In this document: positions 8,983 to 19,800 of the stretch, one piece after another
Layout of the letters: each line of letters begins with the position of its first letter
How positions within the stretch are numbered: position 1 is the first letter of the stretch
Origin: an uncultured bacterium
GTDB lineage: Bacteria > Pseudomonadota > Gammaproteobacteria > Burkholderiales > SG8-39
DNA length: 64,000 nucleotides
Direction: 5' to 3'
Assembly: GCA_965233125.1 (NCBI GenBank)
Contig: CBDDRQ010000030.1
Location: 16,419-80,418 of the forward strand
Translations under genes and position numbers: made by a program
The notes under the pieces: model-generated
Database searches by the model: none
Told to the model about the DNA's origin: nothing
The model's input: the letters and a program-made list of their open reading frames with translations, nothing else

Positions 8983-10125
8983 GTGGGGGCTCGCAGCGAA
9001 CTCTTCTGGAATGCCCCGTATCGACTTGAGTCGACAAGAGCCATTGATCCGCTTGGGTTCGATGCGCTCAGGGAAGCAATGTCCAACGTACTTGCGCCAT
9101 TTCTCACCGGCGCCACGCAGCACGCCGAGCATTACATCGCGGTAATCGTAGGTCTCCGTTGGGCAAAGCAGCAGGCCGCCTTGCCCGTTGACAAAGAAAT
9201 CTGGACACGCTTTGCGCGGTTCGAGAGAGGACTAAAGCAGTTCTGGCATCTCGTGCCGAGCGCGCGGCCGGCACGCAGCCGGTACTTGGGGAAGCGGGAA
9301 ATCGCGAAGATATGCGCCGGCGACAGGCCGAACATCCATGCGCAAATCCTGGTGGACCAACGCGGTGTCGGTTTGCTCGGCAACTACATCGAATCGCTTC
9401 GCGCTATTGGTCTGGTCGGCGCGGGACAGATCGTGGTCGATGACGCTGCCGTTACCCACCTGCTGGGTGATCCGCGCTTCGAGTGGAATGGAGTCAACCC
9501 GGCGAGCTGGGAAGCCTTGCGGAAGGTCTTCGCCGCAGTCGATCAGCGCTCGGCGTGGCCTCGGCTGGGCCGCCGGCTTTTCGATGCAAACGGCCTCACC
9601 GCGCTGAATGACGAGCGCCTGCGCATGAACAGCGCTGCCCGCACGCTCGTGGCTCACCTCGGCTTGAGCTGGCATCAGCTTGCAGCCAGCCGATTCCTGC
9701 TCGAGCCTCAAAGACGAATCGCAAAGGCAACTCGCCCAACGGCAGACCTCGAGGACGGCCTCCGCGAGCTATTCACTCGGTTGCTCAATGGCGAGACCCC
9801 GAAGCCGTCGAGGGCCATGGTTCGTCGGCTCTCGGGCTGGGCACAGCAGATCATTGACCTTGACGTCCTCGGTACCGTCTGGGCTGCCGAGCCCGCGCTC
9901 GCGAAGGCCCTTCGCCGTCAGATTGACGCGGTTGGGAATGGCCGCGTATCCGCGCATAGCGTGCTCAATTGGCATTTCGAGGTAATGAGTGCCCGCGGGA
10001 CTGAGCGATGGATACGGGACGTGGGAGAACGATCGTCACTGAAATTGACGTCGCAACGCAACGACCCCAACTACCGGCTCACGAACTTCCGGACGCTCCT
10101 CCAGGAGACGAAATGGCGCGGGTGA
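8983..10125 (+). CDS. hypothetical protein (380 aa), first gene of the unknown/PLD/helicase cassette
   Basis: Long ORF with sensible composition. GTG start. Its stop overlaps the PLD gene start region by 13 nt. I recognise no catalytic motif. Confidence 0.6.
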   Translation: MGARSELFWNAPYRLESTRAIDPLGFDALREAMSNVLAPFLTGATQHAEHYIAVIVGLRWAKQQAALPVDKEIWTRFARFERGLKQFWHLVPSARPARSRYLGKREIAKICAGDRPNIHAQILVDQRGVGLLGNYIESLRAIGLVGAGQIVVDDAAVTHLLGDPRFEWNGVNPASWEALRKVFAAVDQRSAWPRLGRRLFDANGLTALNDERLRMNSAARTLVAHLGLSWHQLAASRFLLEPQRRIAKATRPTADLEDGLRELFTRLLNGETPKPSRAMVRRLSGWAQQIIDLDVLGTVWAAEPALAKALRRQIDAVGNGRVSAHSVLNWHFEVMSARGTERWIRDVGERSSLKLTSQRNDPNYRLTNFRTLLQETKWRG

Positions 10126-11912
10126 AGTTGCACTTTGAGCGCATAGCGACGGTCGAGCGACTGCTAAATGCTGTCAAGCAGATAGGGCTGGATCAACTGG
10201 AGGCGATCCTCGCCTGCACCTTCACCTTTAACCAGAACTATTTTGCGCAGTTGCTCGATGCAATAGCGGACTGCCATCCGGAAGGCGCGGACCTATTGCG
10301 CTCGATACCTGTGGACGTTGTGTGCGACCACCGACATTACTCTGGCCACTCGGGTAACTACAACGTGACCCTATGGCCCGGGAACGGTTTGTTTCATCCT
10401 AAGCTCTTTATGCTGATGTTTTCGCAATCCGTTGTCTGGATCGAGGGTTCGCTCAACCTGACCAGGGCCGGATACGCGGTAAACCAGGAGCTGGTTACTT
10501 TCCACGAGAGCGATGGCGGCCTTCCGGGAGGTGTCCGAGACCTGATTCGACAGATCGCCAAGGTGCCCGTCCAAGCCGCAAAGGCCATCGAGAGCGGCAC
10601 GTGGAATAGCAGAACGAGCGCGCATAACCGCAGCGTCAATAGCCTGAATACCCGCCTCCTCGAAGGCTTCCTTGAACGAACGAGAAAAGCACAGAGCATC
10701 TACCTTGTCTCACCCTACTTCGATCGACGCGAGCAAGCCGGGCCCTCAATCGAGGCGAGCGCCCTTCGCGCCCTGGTTGGCAAATACCCGAGAGCGCGGT
10801 TCCACATCTACCTCCCGGAGATCCTTCGCAAGGATGGCAGTCTCGCCCTGCAGGGTAATAGAGGACTGTTCGCGAGCATCTTTGGCAAGAACGCACCGCT
10901 TGATACCGTATCGTTCTGCGGCGTGCCGTCGGCCGAGAGACCCTTGCATGCAAAATTGATTGCAGCCCGATACGGGAAGGGCGGTGCCCGCGCATCGATA
11001 CTGGCCGGCTCACCCAACTTGACGGAAAGCGCATTATTGAAAAAAGGAGCGCGCGCGAACGTCGAGCTCGCGAGGGAACTGGTATTACGCTGGAAAGATG
11101 TGGAGCGGCTGCTACGTCCTCTCGGACGTGGATTCAAGAAGCTTTCGCAGTGCAGGTTCGAGGCTCCGGAAAGCACGATTGCTGATGGCTGGCATGCCGT
11201 AAGTTCGGCGACTTTTCATCCCCTAAGCGGCACGCTTGTTCTCCAATGGAGACGCCCAGATTACGCACGACGGACACGTGTGCTGTACGTCGGCAAGCAG
11301 CTCCAAGTCTCCGAAACAGGCACCGTCCGACGATTTGGCATCAGAGACGAAGAACTCAGGCTGAGGTGCGTATCGGCCGGAGATGCTACTCGCTGGAGCT
11401 GGTGCCCGATAATGATCCCCTACAAGTCCCGCCTTGCGCTTGCCGAGATGCCAGATCAGGGTGAGCCGGCACCGGAGTGGTGGCTGGCCCAGCTTGGGGC
11501 GCTCTCGTTCTCGAATGCGGGTGATCGTCGCAGTCGATATGAGTCGATTCGCGAGACGGCTGATACTTCTACGTTTGCGCTTGGGCAAAAGGTCCGCGAA
11601 CTCGCGTCGCGGATGCGGTACGCGGCGGGAATGCTCCAGGCGGATTCAATTTCCGAGCATCGACTTAGGGCCCACTTAGGCCTGCTGAAGAAGATCTTCG
11701 ACTCGCATGACCCTTCGACGGCTGGGAGCCCAGAAGAGCAAGCCTGGAGGACCTGGGTTCGCCTAGAGGTGGCGCAGGCTGTGGCGACCGCCGCGCGCGG
11801 AACTCGGCTGGGCGAGATCCGACGACTCAAGGCTGAGCTCAAGAAGCGGCTGTCATCTGCCCCTGTGTCAGCGGCCCTGGGCCACTGGAACACTCTAACG
11901 GAGTCTCTCTGA
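10113..11912 (+). CDS. phospholipase D-like (tandem HKD) nuclease-family protein
   Basis: Two HxK(x)4D(x)6GSxN motifs: HPKLFMLMFSQSVVWIEGSLNLT and HAKLIAARYGKGGARASILAGSPNLT. ATG at 10113 is preceded by AGGAGA. Confidence 0.8.
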   Translation: MARVKLHFERIATVERLLNAVKQIGLDQLEAILACTFTFNQNYFAQLLDAIADCHPEGADLLRSIPVDVVCDHRHYSGHSGNYNVTLWPGNGLFHPKLFMLMFSQSVVWIEGSLNLTRAGYAVNQELVTFHESDGGLPGGVRDLIRQIAKVPVQAAKAIESGTWNSRTSAHNRSVNSLNTRLLEGFLERTRKAQSIYLVSPYFDRREQAGPSIEASALRALVGKYPRARFHIYLPEILRKDGSLALQGNRGLFASIFGKNAPLDTVSFCGVPSAERPLHAKLIAARYGKGGARASILAGSPNLTESALLKKGARANVELARELVLRWKDVERLLRPLGRGFKKLSQCRFEAPESTIADGWHAVSSATFHPLSGTLVLQWRRPDYARRTRVLYVGKQLQVSETGTVRRFGIRDEELRLRCVSAGDATRWSWCPIMIPYKSRLALAEMPDQGEPAPEWWLAQLGALSFSNAGDRRSRYESIRETADTSTFALGQKVRELASRMRYAAGMLQADSISEHRLRAHLGLLKKIFDSHDPSTAGSPEEQAWRTWVRLEVAQAVATAARGTRLGEIRRLKAELKKRLSSAPVSAALGHWNTLTESL

Positions 11913-11956
11913 CTCAGAATCCTCTGCGCGAAATAGATCTCGCACGTCTATCGGCT

Positions 11957-14053
11957 TTGTACCCTGCCGAACAGCGGCATGAGCTGCGCGATCAGAACGC
12001 ACGTGCGCGTGGGCTTTGGGTCCGCCTGCAACGCCATGATGTTCCGGGTGTCATCCTGGGTGACGAAGTCGGCAAAGGGAAGACCTACATTGCGCTCGCC
12101 TTGGCTTTTGCCACGTTAGCGACAAGCCCCGCTGGCCGTGTCGTCGTTCTCACGCACAGCCGTTCGATGGCGAAGACGTGGGCGTCGCGCTGGAACCAGC
12201 AAGTACGGACGATGGTCCACGGGCGGTGGCGCGAACGCTTTGACAATGAGTGGAAAGCCCGCGTTATCAGCCAATACGACGACTTCTTCCACGCTCTCGA
12301 AGAAACCAAGCGCAGTCCAGCCATTTTCTTTGCCTCGTACGACACGCTGAAGCGGTTTCACAGCCCGGAAGGGCGACGTCGCCACTTGCTCGGGGCCCTG
12401 CGCTTCGCATACCGGGCTCTTGGAATGCGGTTGACCCGAGATGATCGGCTTCGCCTAGTCAAGTCCGTGATTTCCGAGGGCGGCACGATGCCAAGGCGCG
12501 CATTGGACGTCCCGGCGCCCGCGGCCATTCGTATGCTGAAGACGGCCCTAGACCCCGAGCAGCGGGACTGGCGGCCGCGCTCCTACCAGCTCATCGAAGA
12601 CTTTCTCCAAAGTCAGGCAGCGCTCGAACTGCAGATCCGCCCTAAGCTCGATCTGCTGATCGTCGACGAAGCGCACAAGCTGGAAGGAGATCGCCGCGGA
12701 AGTGTCATTACCCACCTTCTAAGCGGCAAGTTCCGAAAAGGTGTATGGGTTACAGCCACCCCCTTTGCTCTCACCCTGGCAGAGCTTCGCCGCCGCTTGC
12801 GTCAATTCGAGCACGCCGCATCGGCTGCCAGCGGCTATCGCACGCTCATAGAAGAGCTTCCGCTGAAAGAGTACGAGGCGGCGGTCTCGGAGCGGACCGA
12901 GTTTCCGCAGATCAGGCTGCTTGAACGCGAGCTAAGGCGGTGCATGGTGCGATCGACCTGGAACAATCGTAACGAGCGTCGAATTATCGCTTGGACCGCT
13001 CAGGCGACTGGAGCCGCCTTGCTGCCTAGCATGGCGCTCGAACGGGTCATCTCCAATGTGCTCACCTCCGGCGACCGAACCCATGTGGCCAGCGTACGGG
13101 AGACTCTGTGCTCCAGTTGGGCGGCGACGCTCGAATCACTACGCAACGGAGCATTGGCCAGCTTCAAGCGGGAACCGTGGATAGCACGGCTGGAAAGGGC
13201 GCTTACGGGGACCACCGGCGTCGACCCCAAGCTGCGGGCGGCGGTCGATAGGCTGGCACACCTCGCTCTTTCCGGGGAAAAAACCGTCGTATTCACCCAT
13301 CGGACCGAAACTTCAGCGATGCTGGTAAAAGCACTTCATGAGCATTCAGCGCTGCGGGACCTCGCCATTCGGCTTCAAAGATCCGGCAAACGCTGGCGGG
13401 AAAGAGCCGAGCACGTTCGCCGGGTGCTATCGATACCTTCTCTTCGGCATGCACAGACGGTCGCGAAGATTATGGCTTCATCGCTCGACGCTCCGGATGC
13501 GATGCCTGCAGCTATGCGCAGGTGGTGGCACAGACACGAACGGATACTTGAGAGTCAGCGTCAATCCACTGAGCACGCGACGGTCTTTGACTTTCTGGAA
13601 TCGATTGCTGGAAAGTCGCGACGGCTGCCGCTAGTGGCTCGCTACGACGGGCAGGTCTCCGGCGGTGATGAGACTCAAGCCGACACCGTAAGCAACGATC
13701 AGAAATTCAACCTGCCGAGCGTGCCCCTTATTCTGGTGGCATCCCGCAAGGGGCAAGAAGGTATCGATCTTCACCATTATTGCCGGCGCGTCGTGCTCTA
13801 CGATCTGCCGTGGAATCCCGCGCTCATCGAGCAGCGCATCGGGCGTGTTCACCGGCTTGGCGGGATGCGCAGCCGTAAGCGCCCGGTCGAGGTCGTCTAC
13901 TGCTATCAGCAGGGCAGTTACGAGCACAGCATAGCTCAGCGAGTAAAACGTCGTTGCGAGATGATGCACGCGCTGTTGGGCGCGGGCACGTGGCTCGATC
14001 AGGACCGGGAAGTTGAGAATCTCCAACGTTATCGCATGACGTTCCCGCCATGA
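11957..14053 (+). CDS. SNF2/DEAH-type superfamily 2 helicase
   Basis: Motif I GDEVGKGKTYIAL, motif II LLIVDEAHKL, C-terminal lobe QEGIDLHHYCRRVVLYDLPWNPALIEQRIGRVHRLGG. The start is TTG in the ORF track and is uncertain. Confidence 0.8.
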   Translation: MYPAEQRHELRDQNARARGLWVRLQRHDVPGVILGDEVGKGKTYIALALAFATLATSPAGRVVVLTHSRSMAKTWASRWNQQVRTMVHGRWRERFDNEWKARVISQYDDFFHALEETKRSPAIFFASYDTLKRFHSPEGRRRHLLGALRFAYRALGMRLTRDDRLRLVKSVISEGGTMPRRALDVPAPAAIRMLKTALDPEQRDWRPRSYQLIEDFLQSQAALELQIRPKLDLLIVDEAHKLEGDRRGSVITHLLSGKFRKGVWVTATPFALTLAELRRRLRQFEHAASAASGYRTLIEELPLKEYEAAVSERTEFPQIRLLERELRRCMVRSTWNNRNERRIIAWTAQATGAALLPSMALERVISNVLTSGDRTHVASVRETLCSSWAATLESLRNGALASFKREPWIARLERALTGTTGVDPKLRAAVDRLAHLALSGEKTVVFTHRTETSAMLVKALHEHSALRDLAIRLQRSGKRWRERAEHVRRVLSIPSLRHAQTVAKIMASSLDAPDAMPAAMRRWWHRHERILESQRQSTEHATVFDFLESIAGKSRRLPLVARYDGQVSGGDETQADTVSNDQKFNLPSVPLILVASRKGQEGIDLHHYCRRVVLYDLPWNPALIEQRIGRVHRLGGMRSRKRPVEVVYCYQQGSYEHSIAQRVKRRCEMMHALLGAGTWLDQDREVENLQRYRMTFPP

Positions 14054-14263
14054 CGCCAAGAACGGTGGGTGCTCGACCAGCCAGCTTCAGGGTGCTCGCT
14101 TGACGTGAAGCACTAGGTCATACGGCCAACGGCTGGATCGCCAAGGATTCCAGGCATGCTGGAAATCCACTTCCGAATGGAACGCCCGCCTACGCAGGGC
14201 AAGGCGCTCCATGATCTGGATGGGATTGAGCCCGGGATCTCCCACTGATGTTCCCAGTTCTCT

Positions 14264-15046
14264 TTACTCCTTCGGTAAAGCGTGTAGCAGGCCGCGCTCG
14301 ATTAGGCCGCGAAAATGCGCGACGATACTGCCGGCGAGTGCGCGGTCGCGAACGAGCAATCCCAGCTCTATGTTCCGCTCGAGCGCAGCCTCAGTGAGGT
14401 TCGCGGAAGTAACGAAAACGGCTTCCTCGTCAGCAACGACAGCCTTGGCGTGCAATACGCCAGCGGGAGCATCGGGCTCGAGTGCACGGGGATCGTAGAA
14501 GACTCGCGGCCGAGCCCCCCCCGGCCACTCTGTGCTCCAAAGACGGTCGGCGAACCGACGGATAAGCTGCTCAGCGGTGGTTGTGTCACCCCGTTTGCGC
14601 TGAATATTGAGCAGCAGCGTCACTTGTAGTGCGTTTGTCGCCTCCATTCGTCGAGCAAGGACCTCAAACGCCCTTGGGCCGTCGAAGAATACATAGGTGC
14701 TTACCCACAGAGACCGCTCGGCCGAACCTAGTAGCTCCTCATAAACCCGTCGCGTGCCGCGCGCATGCAGGCCGGGCACTTCGGGTCCTGACCACACCAG
14801 ATCGGTCCGCGGCGCGTTGGCGTGAACCTTGTTCAAGCTGCGGAGCCAAGCCGCGGCAGCGGGTCCGGCCAGCCCCAGGCGGTCACAGTGCGCGAGCGCA
14901 TTGGCGATCGGCTCCATCTCGCCCGCGCCACCCAGCACCGAGCGCAGTGCGACCACAGATGGAGATCCTTGCAGTAGCCCCGACTCAAGCGCGCAGGCGA
15001 GTCGCTCGCGCAGATGCGGCGATACGCTTGCGAGGGCTTCCATCAT
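14264..15046 (-). CDS. drmC: DISARM DrmC (PLD-domain protein)
   Basis: Single HKD motif HAKAVVADEEAVFVTSANLTEAA. There is a 4-nt overlap with drmB. It is the last gene of the drmD-MI-A-B-C array. Confidence 0.8.
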   Translation of the reverse strand: MMEALASVSPHLRERLACALESGLLQGSPSVVALRSVLGGAGEMEPIANALAHCDRLGLAGPAAAAWLRSLNKVHANAPRTDLVWSGPEVPGLHARGTRRVYEELLGSAERSLWVSTYVFFDGPRAFEVLARRMEATNALQVTLLLNIQRKRGDTTTAEQLIRRFADRLWSTEWPGGARPRVFYDPRALEPDAPAGVLHAKAVVADEEAVFVTSANLTEAALERNIELGLLVRDRALAGSIVAHFRGLIERGLLHALPKE

Positions 15047-16836
15047 GCCAGGCCCTCGAAGAATGCCGCGCCGCGTTCGCCGAGTACGGGAACGACGAGC
15101 GCGCGGTCGAGGTAGTCGTTACGCATCTCACAGCTCGTTTCTGCAACCAAGGCGCAGCCGTGGCACGCCGCGCCGTGCAGCCATCGGTGCTCCATGCTCT
15201 TGCCGGGTGTGTGTCGCGCGCAGATGGGGTCGTTGGAGCAAAGTGTGGCTTGCCGCAGCGCCTCCGCCAGGTGGTCCTCGAAGTGACGCGCTTGCTGGAC
15301 GAGGCCTCCAAGCGTTCCTTCGGCGTCAGGACTCCCGGTGTACAGCAGGATCCCGAAATGGTCGGCCTGCGTATCGGCATAAATACGCTCCCGGATCGAG
15401 CTCGCCGGATAGCCGCAGCGCATCGCGAGCGACTGGAGCAAGAGGTGCGAGAGCGTGTGGAGCAGAACGTATGGTCCGCCAGGAAACGCGCGATTGCTCT
15501 TTCGCTCCGTCGCCCAGCGGGCGTGTCCCGTCGCGAGGCCATTGAGTCGTTGCACGACTTCCGGGCGGTCGAGCCAGCTTCGCACAGCGCCGGCGCGCAG
15601 CTGCACGAACACGCCCTCACCCCGATTCTCAACTGCGGGAAACCAGGCTGGCTCAATCGCGAGCGACGCGCGCTCCACGTCGCTCTCATATTCGCCATGG
15701 ATGTCGGGCATTACGGCCTCGAGCCGCGTGAAACCCACTAGCGCGAGCACCTCGCGCAGTCGATGCAGCTGAATAACCGCTTCGACGCCGGCAGTGCGGT
15801 TCGAGCGGCGCCAGGCAGCATCGGGTAAACGTCGAGCGTGAAAATTCGGATCGATGGGTACGTCGTCGCCAAAGCCCTCGGCGGCGGCGATAAGTGCGTC
15901 GAGTTCGACCTGCTTTACCGGTCGGTCCTGCGCGCCACCGCGTTTGCGGTCGCGGACGGCCTGGAGGACTTCGTCGTCGGGAAACGGGGCGAGACGATCC
16001 GCAATTTTTGGTTTCTTTTTGAGAAAAGCCAGCCCTGCGGCGTCATCCACGATCTGGAGGTCGTCCCACAATTCGGCGACCACAGTCCCAACGGCGCTCC
16101 CCCGATCCGGGAGGGAGAGCACGCTTACGACCTGCGGAAAGTAGGCGTTCGACGCCGTGCGGATAAGAAGGCGGCTCGGCTGGATGCAGTCCTCGGAGGT
16201 ATTTCGGCCGAGCCACGGGCGAGCGCCGCGGCAGGTGCCAAGCAAGTTCATCTCAAGCTGAGTTGCCTCGTAGAGACTGCGCTGCTTTCCGCACTCGCAG
16301 CGCACCACGAGATCGGCGAGGTCGCCGCTCGTGCCACGCTCGTCGAGCCAGAGCTGTCTCCGGCAGCCGTCCTCAATCCCGTGAACGTAGCGCTGCCAAT
16401 CGAGGTCGTCCACGTGCCCTCTCGTACACGCGCGGACGAAGCGGGTCGCGACGACGGCGCGGCCATCAAAGCGCCCCCTATCATCCAGCGCCTTACGATG
16501 AACCAGGCGGCGGGAACGCCGGCGATCCTCGGCTCCCGACTCGTCCTGCACTACGAACCACTCGGGGAAGCGCCATGCACCGATGCCCCGCGCCGGCGCG
16601 CGGGGGTCGTTCGACTCCGGAGGAGGCGCATAGAGCCGCGGATTCGGTACTGCCGTCATGATTCCGAGCTTCTGCGACAGCCGCGGCTCCACGATTTCCT
16701 CGAGGTCCGCTGGCTTGGGCCAGGTGTCAAGACCGCCGACAATGGCGGAGTGACGGGGGAGGTCAATCAAAGCACCGGGGCCGTACGTAGTGATGACCTG
16801 GCCGCGCCGGACTTGCCCATGGGCCTTGCGGCTCAT
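15043..16836 (-). CDS. drmB: DISARM DrmB (DUF1998 protein)
   Basis: C-terminal Cys cluster CSNDPICARH...HGAACHGCALVAETSCEMRNDYLDR is typical of DUF1998. Translationally coupled to drmA and drmC (ATGA overlaps). Confidence 0.85.
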   Translation of the reverse strand: MSRKAHGQVRRGQVITTYGPGALIDLPRHSAIVGGLDTWPKPADLEEIVEPRLSQKLGIMTAVPNPRLYAPPPESNDPRAPARGIGAWRFPEWFVVQDESGAEDRRRSRRLVHRKALDDRGRFDGRAVVATRFVRACTRGHVDDLDWQRYVHGIEDGCRRQLWLDERGTSGDLADLVVRCECGKQRSLYEATQLEMNLLGTCRGARPWLGRNTSEDCIQPSRLLIRTASNAYFPQVVSVLSLPDRGSAVGTVVAELWDDLQIVDDAAGLAFLKKKPKIADRLAPFPDDEVLQAVRDRKRGGAQDRPVKQVELDALIAAAEGFGDDVPIDPNFHARRLPDAAWRRSNRTAGVEAVIQLHRLREVLALVGFTRLEAVMPDIHGEYESDVERASLAIEPAWFPAVENRGEGVFVQLRAGAVRSWLDRPEVVQRLNGLATGHARWATERKSNRAFPGGPYVLLHTLSHLLLQSLAMRCGYPASSIRERIYADTQADHFGILLYTGSPDAEGTLGGLVQQARHFEDHLAEALRQATLCSNDPICARHTPGKSMEHRWLHGAACHGCALVAETSCEMRNDYLDRALVVPVLGERGAAFFEGLA

Positions 16837-19800
16837 GCTCGATCCTCTACATCCACTCCGCTTAGATCCTTGAGAAAGAGATTCACCTCCGGCTCGACGT
16901 CACGCAGCGAACGATTCGCCCGGAATTTGCGGTGGTGTTCCGACTCAAACTCCCTGTCGAGCATCTCGCGCAGTAGCGGGCGGGGCTGGTCGAGCTCGTA
17001 CTTCTGGTATTGCACGGCGACTCCCGCGCGTCGATAGTCTTCGAAGACTGTGCGCCATGCATCGAGCAGATCGACGACGCGATTCTGTACGCTGCGTACG
17101 CGCTCCTCGCGCTCCTCGTCGCTTGCGAAGGGCTGCTGTCGCACGCGCTCAAGGAGTGCTTGCAAGACCCGCCGTTCGAGCTCCGTCCGGACGGCGGCGA
17201 TTTGCTCTACACCTCGGGGCGGCGCCAGCTCGGATCGCAGATGCCGCGACAGTCCGACCAGCGCGCCGGCGAAGCCCCGGTCGAGCGCCCGAGCAGAGAA
17301 CGGCGTGACACTCCCGATTTCCACGGAACGATAGAAGGTCTCGTGATAGTGACGGAAGCGCTCGTAATGCGAGCGGTCGCGAGGCTTGTGAATGTTGAAG
17401 AGGGTCACCACCAGCCCAGGGCGTGCGTCGTCGCGGCCCACGCGGCTCGTAGCCTGGATGTACTCCGCATGCGTCTTAGGCTGGCCGAAGACGACCATAA
17501 GCCCGAGCCTCGGAATGTCCAGGCCTACGGAGATCATGTTCGTCGCGATGGCGCAGTCCACCCGCTGATCGATCCTGTGAAATGGTGTCTCCAGCCGCCG
17601 CCTCGCCTCGGCCACTTTGTCGGTCGAGACCCGCGAGGTCAGCTCCACCACCTCGGAGAACGTCCGGCGATCCTGAAAAAGGCCGGGCTTCTCGTCGATG
17701 CGGCGGCGGCTGCCGTAGGCCTTGAGCGTGTTCTGGACCTCTTCTTCCAGGATCCGCCGCGCACCGCCGAGCTCGCGCAGCGCGTTGAAATAGCCGAGCA
17801 CGGTCATGTAAGGGTCCGCGGGATTGGCTTCGTTCTTGTGCCCTCCAAGGTCGCGATAGGCGCGTTCCGCGGCGCCCATCAGTGCGAGCCAGGCCCGCCG
17901 CATTACGACCTTCGGATTGCGCCCCTGCGCAGCGACGCCCAGGTAGAGCCGGGCCGGTATTTCGCCCGGGGGCACCGTATGGGCGAAGAACGAGTCGCGC
18001 CGGTCAGGACCGGGCGGAGGAAAAACCTGCGTGATCCCCCGCGCGAAGAGCGCCTGGATCTGATCCTGCGCGCGCCGCACGGTGGCGGTGGACGCGACGA
18101 TCTTCGGCTTGACCGGGCGCCCATCCAGCTCGCGCACGCACAGCGCCTCGACTGCTGCCTCGTAGAGGCCGACCATCGTGCCCAGCGGGCCGGAGATGAG
18201 GTGCAGTTCGTCCTGGATCACGAGGTCGGGGGGCGGCAGTGGCGCCGTGAGGCGCGTGCCGCGTCCCGGCTCAGCGGCGCCGTAGAACCCGGCGGCGTCG
18301 TAGCGGTCCGCTCCTCCTAGCAGCGCTCCCGACTGTCCAATCCAAGGCAACGACGCAAACTTGTCCACGGTTGCGATGAGGAAGGCCGGCAAGCGCCGAT
18401 AAAGGGGCTCATCGACAGCGACGATCGGTAGCGCCCGGTCACGCGTAAAGTCGCACTCGAAGTTCGCGCATACGATGCGCAGCTCTCGAGGGGTATCGTC
18501 ATTCGGGACGAGCGCGAAGGAATCGCCGCCGAAACGCGTGCCGCACCACGGGCAGTTCTCCAGCGGAATAGGCGACGGCTTGCCTCTCGAGTCCGCCTTG
18601 AACTGTCGCACCTTGGTACGCGCGGAATCGGAACGTCCATCGCCCTTGCGACCCAGGATGTTGGGTGTGGCTGCCTTGCCAACCCACAGACCGATCTCGA
18701 ACGGCCATGTCCCATAGCGCTCGGGATTCCTTTCGCGCTCCAGCTCGAGTGCGCAGACGAGGCCGGCAGCACGTGCGAGCTGATCGAGGGTTAGGAGGCG
18801 CAGCGTGTAGCGCATGATCACGCTCACGCCCGCCGCTGCGCGTCCTTCATCGCCCGGATGACGGAGCCGCCGTAGCACCATCGCAAACGCCGCCAACCCC
18901 AAATACGCCTCGGTCTTGCCGCCGCCCGTCGGGAAGAAGAGGAGATCCACGGTGTCCCGGTCCGGCGCCTGAGGATCGGCGAGGCCGGGCAGGTTCAACA
19001 GCAGGAAGGCCAGCTGGAAAGCGCGCCAGCGCGGCGCGTTAATTCCGAGGCGTTTCTTCAAGGCCCGCGCGACAGCGCGATTCGCGACGCGGAAGGCGTC
19101 GAGCGCGTCAGCGTCCGCGGAGAGCTTGGCGATCCCGCGCTCGATCCGCCCTGCCGCCACGCCGGCCAGGCGCAGCAGTTCTCCCGCCGTATCGCGCCGC
19201 GCCCCCGTGAGGGATGCCAACCCGACCCGCTGCGTCTCCACCCATCTGCGGTAGGCCACGACGAGAGGCTGGAGCCGTGCCGTTACCGCTGCGCCGTCGG
19301 CAAGCGCCCCGAGCGCGTCCATGGACAGCTCAACGTCAGGCACGTCGACCGTGGCCGTCTTCTCTACGTCGGCCTGCGGAACCCAGGCGGTGCGCAGTAG
19401 CCGGCAGGCACCGTCCACAATTTCCCAGTCGGCCGAAACCGCGTGCCCCGTCGCGAATTCCGGGGTGTCCGCATAATGAAGGTCGGCGACCTGCTCGTCC
19501 CATTCGGCTGCCAGTGCCCCGCGCAGATCAGGTCGCGGCACGAATGGATCCTCTCCGCGCACCTCGATCTCCGCCTGGAACACGTATGAGAGGTCCGGGT
19601 TGTCCTCGTTGGGCGTACGGTGGTTGACGAGAAAGATCGAGACCGAGCGCGTGCCAGTAGGGATGCGGTCGGCGAGCTCTTCCGCGACGACCTCGCGCTC
19701 GACCAAGTGAAGCTCGAGCCCATGCGAGTCCGGGACAGTGCACACCGCATCCTCTTGCGATCCGGTGAGCTTAAGCCTTACGGTCGTCTCTCGTGGCGTG

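Noticed and set aside
10008-10112. Upstream start for the PLD gene giving a 634-aa product
   Set aside because: It would overlap the preceding gene by 118 nt. The ATG at 10113 has an AGGAGA RBS and begins a sensible N-terminus (MARVKLHFERIATV).
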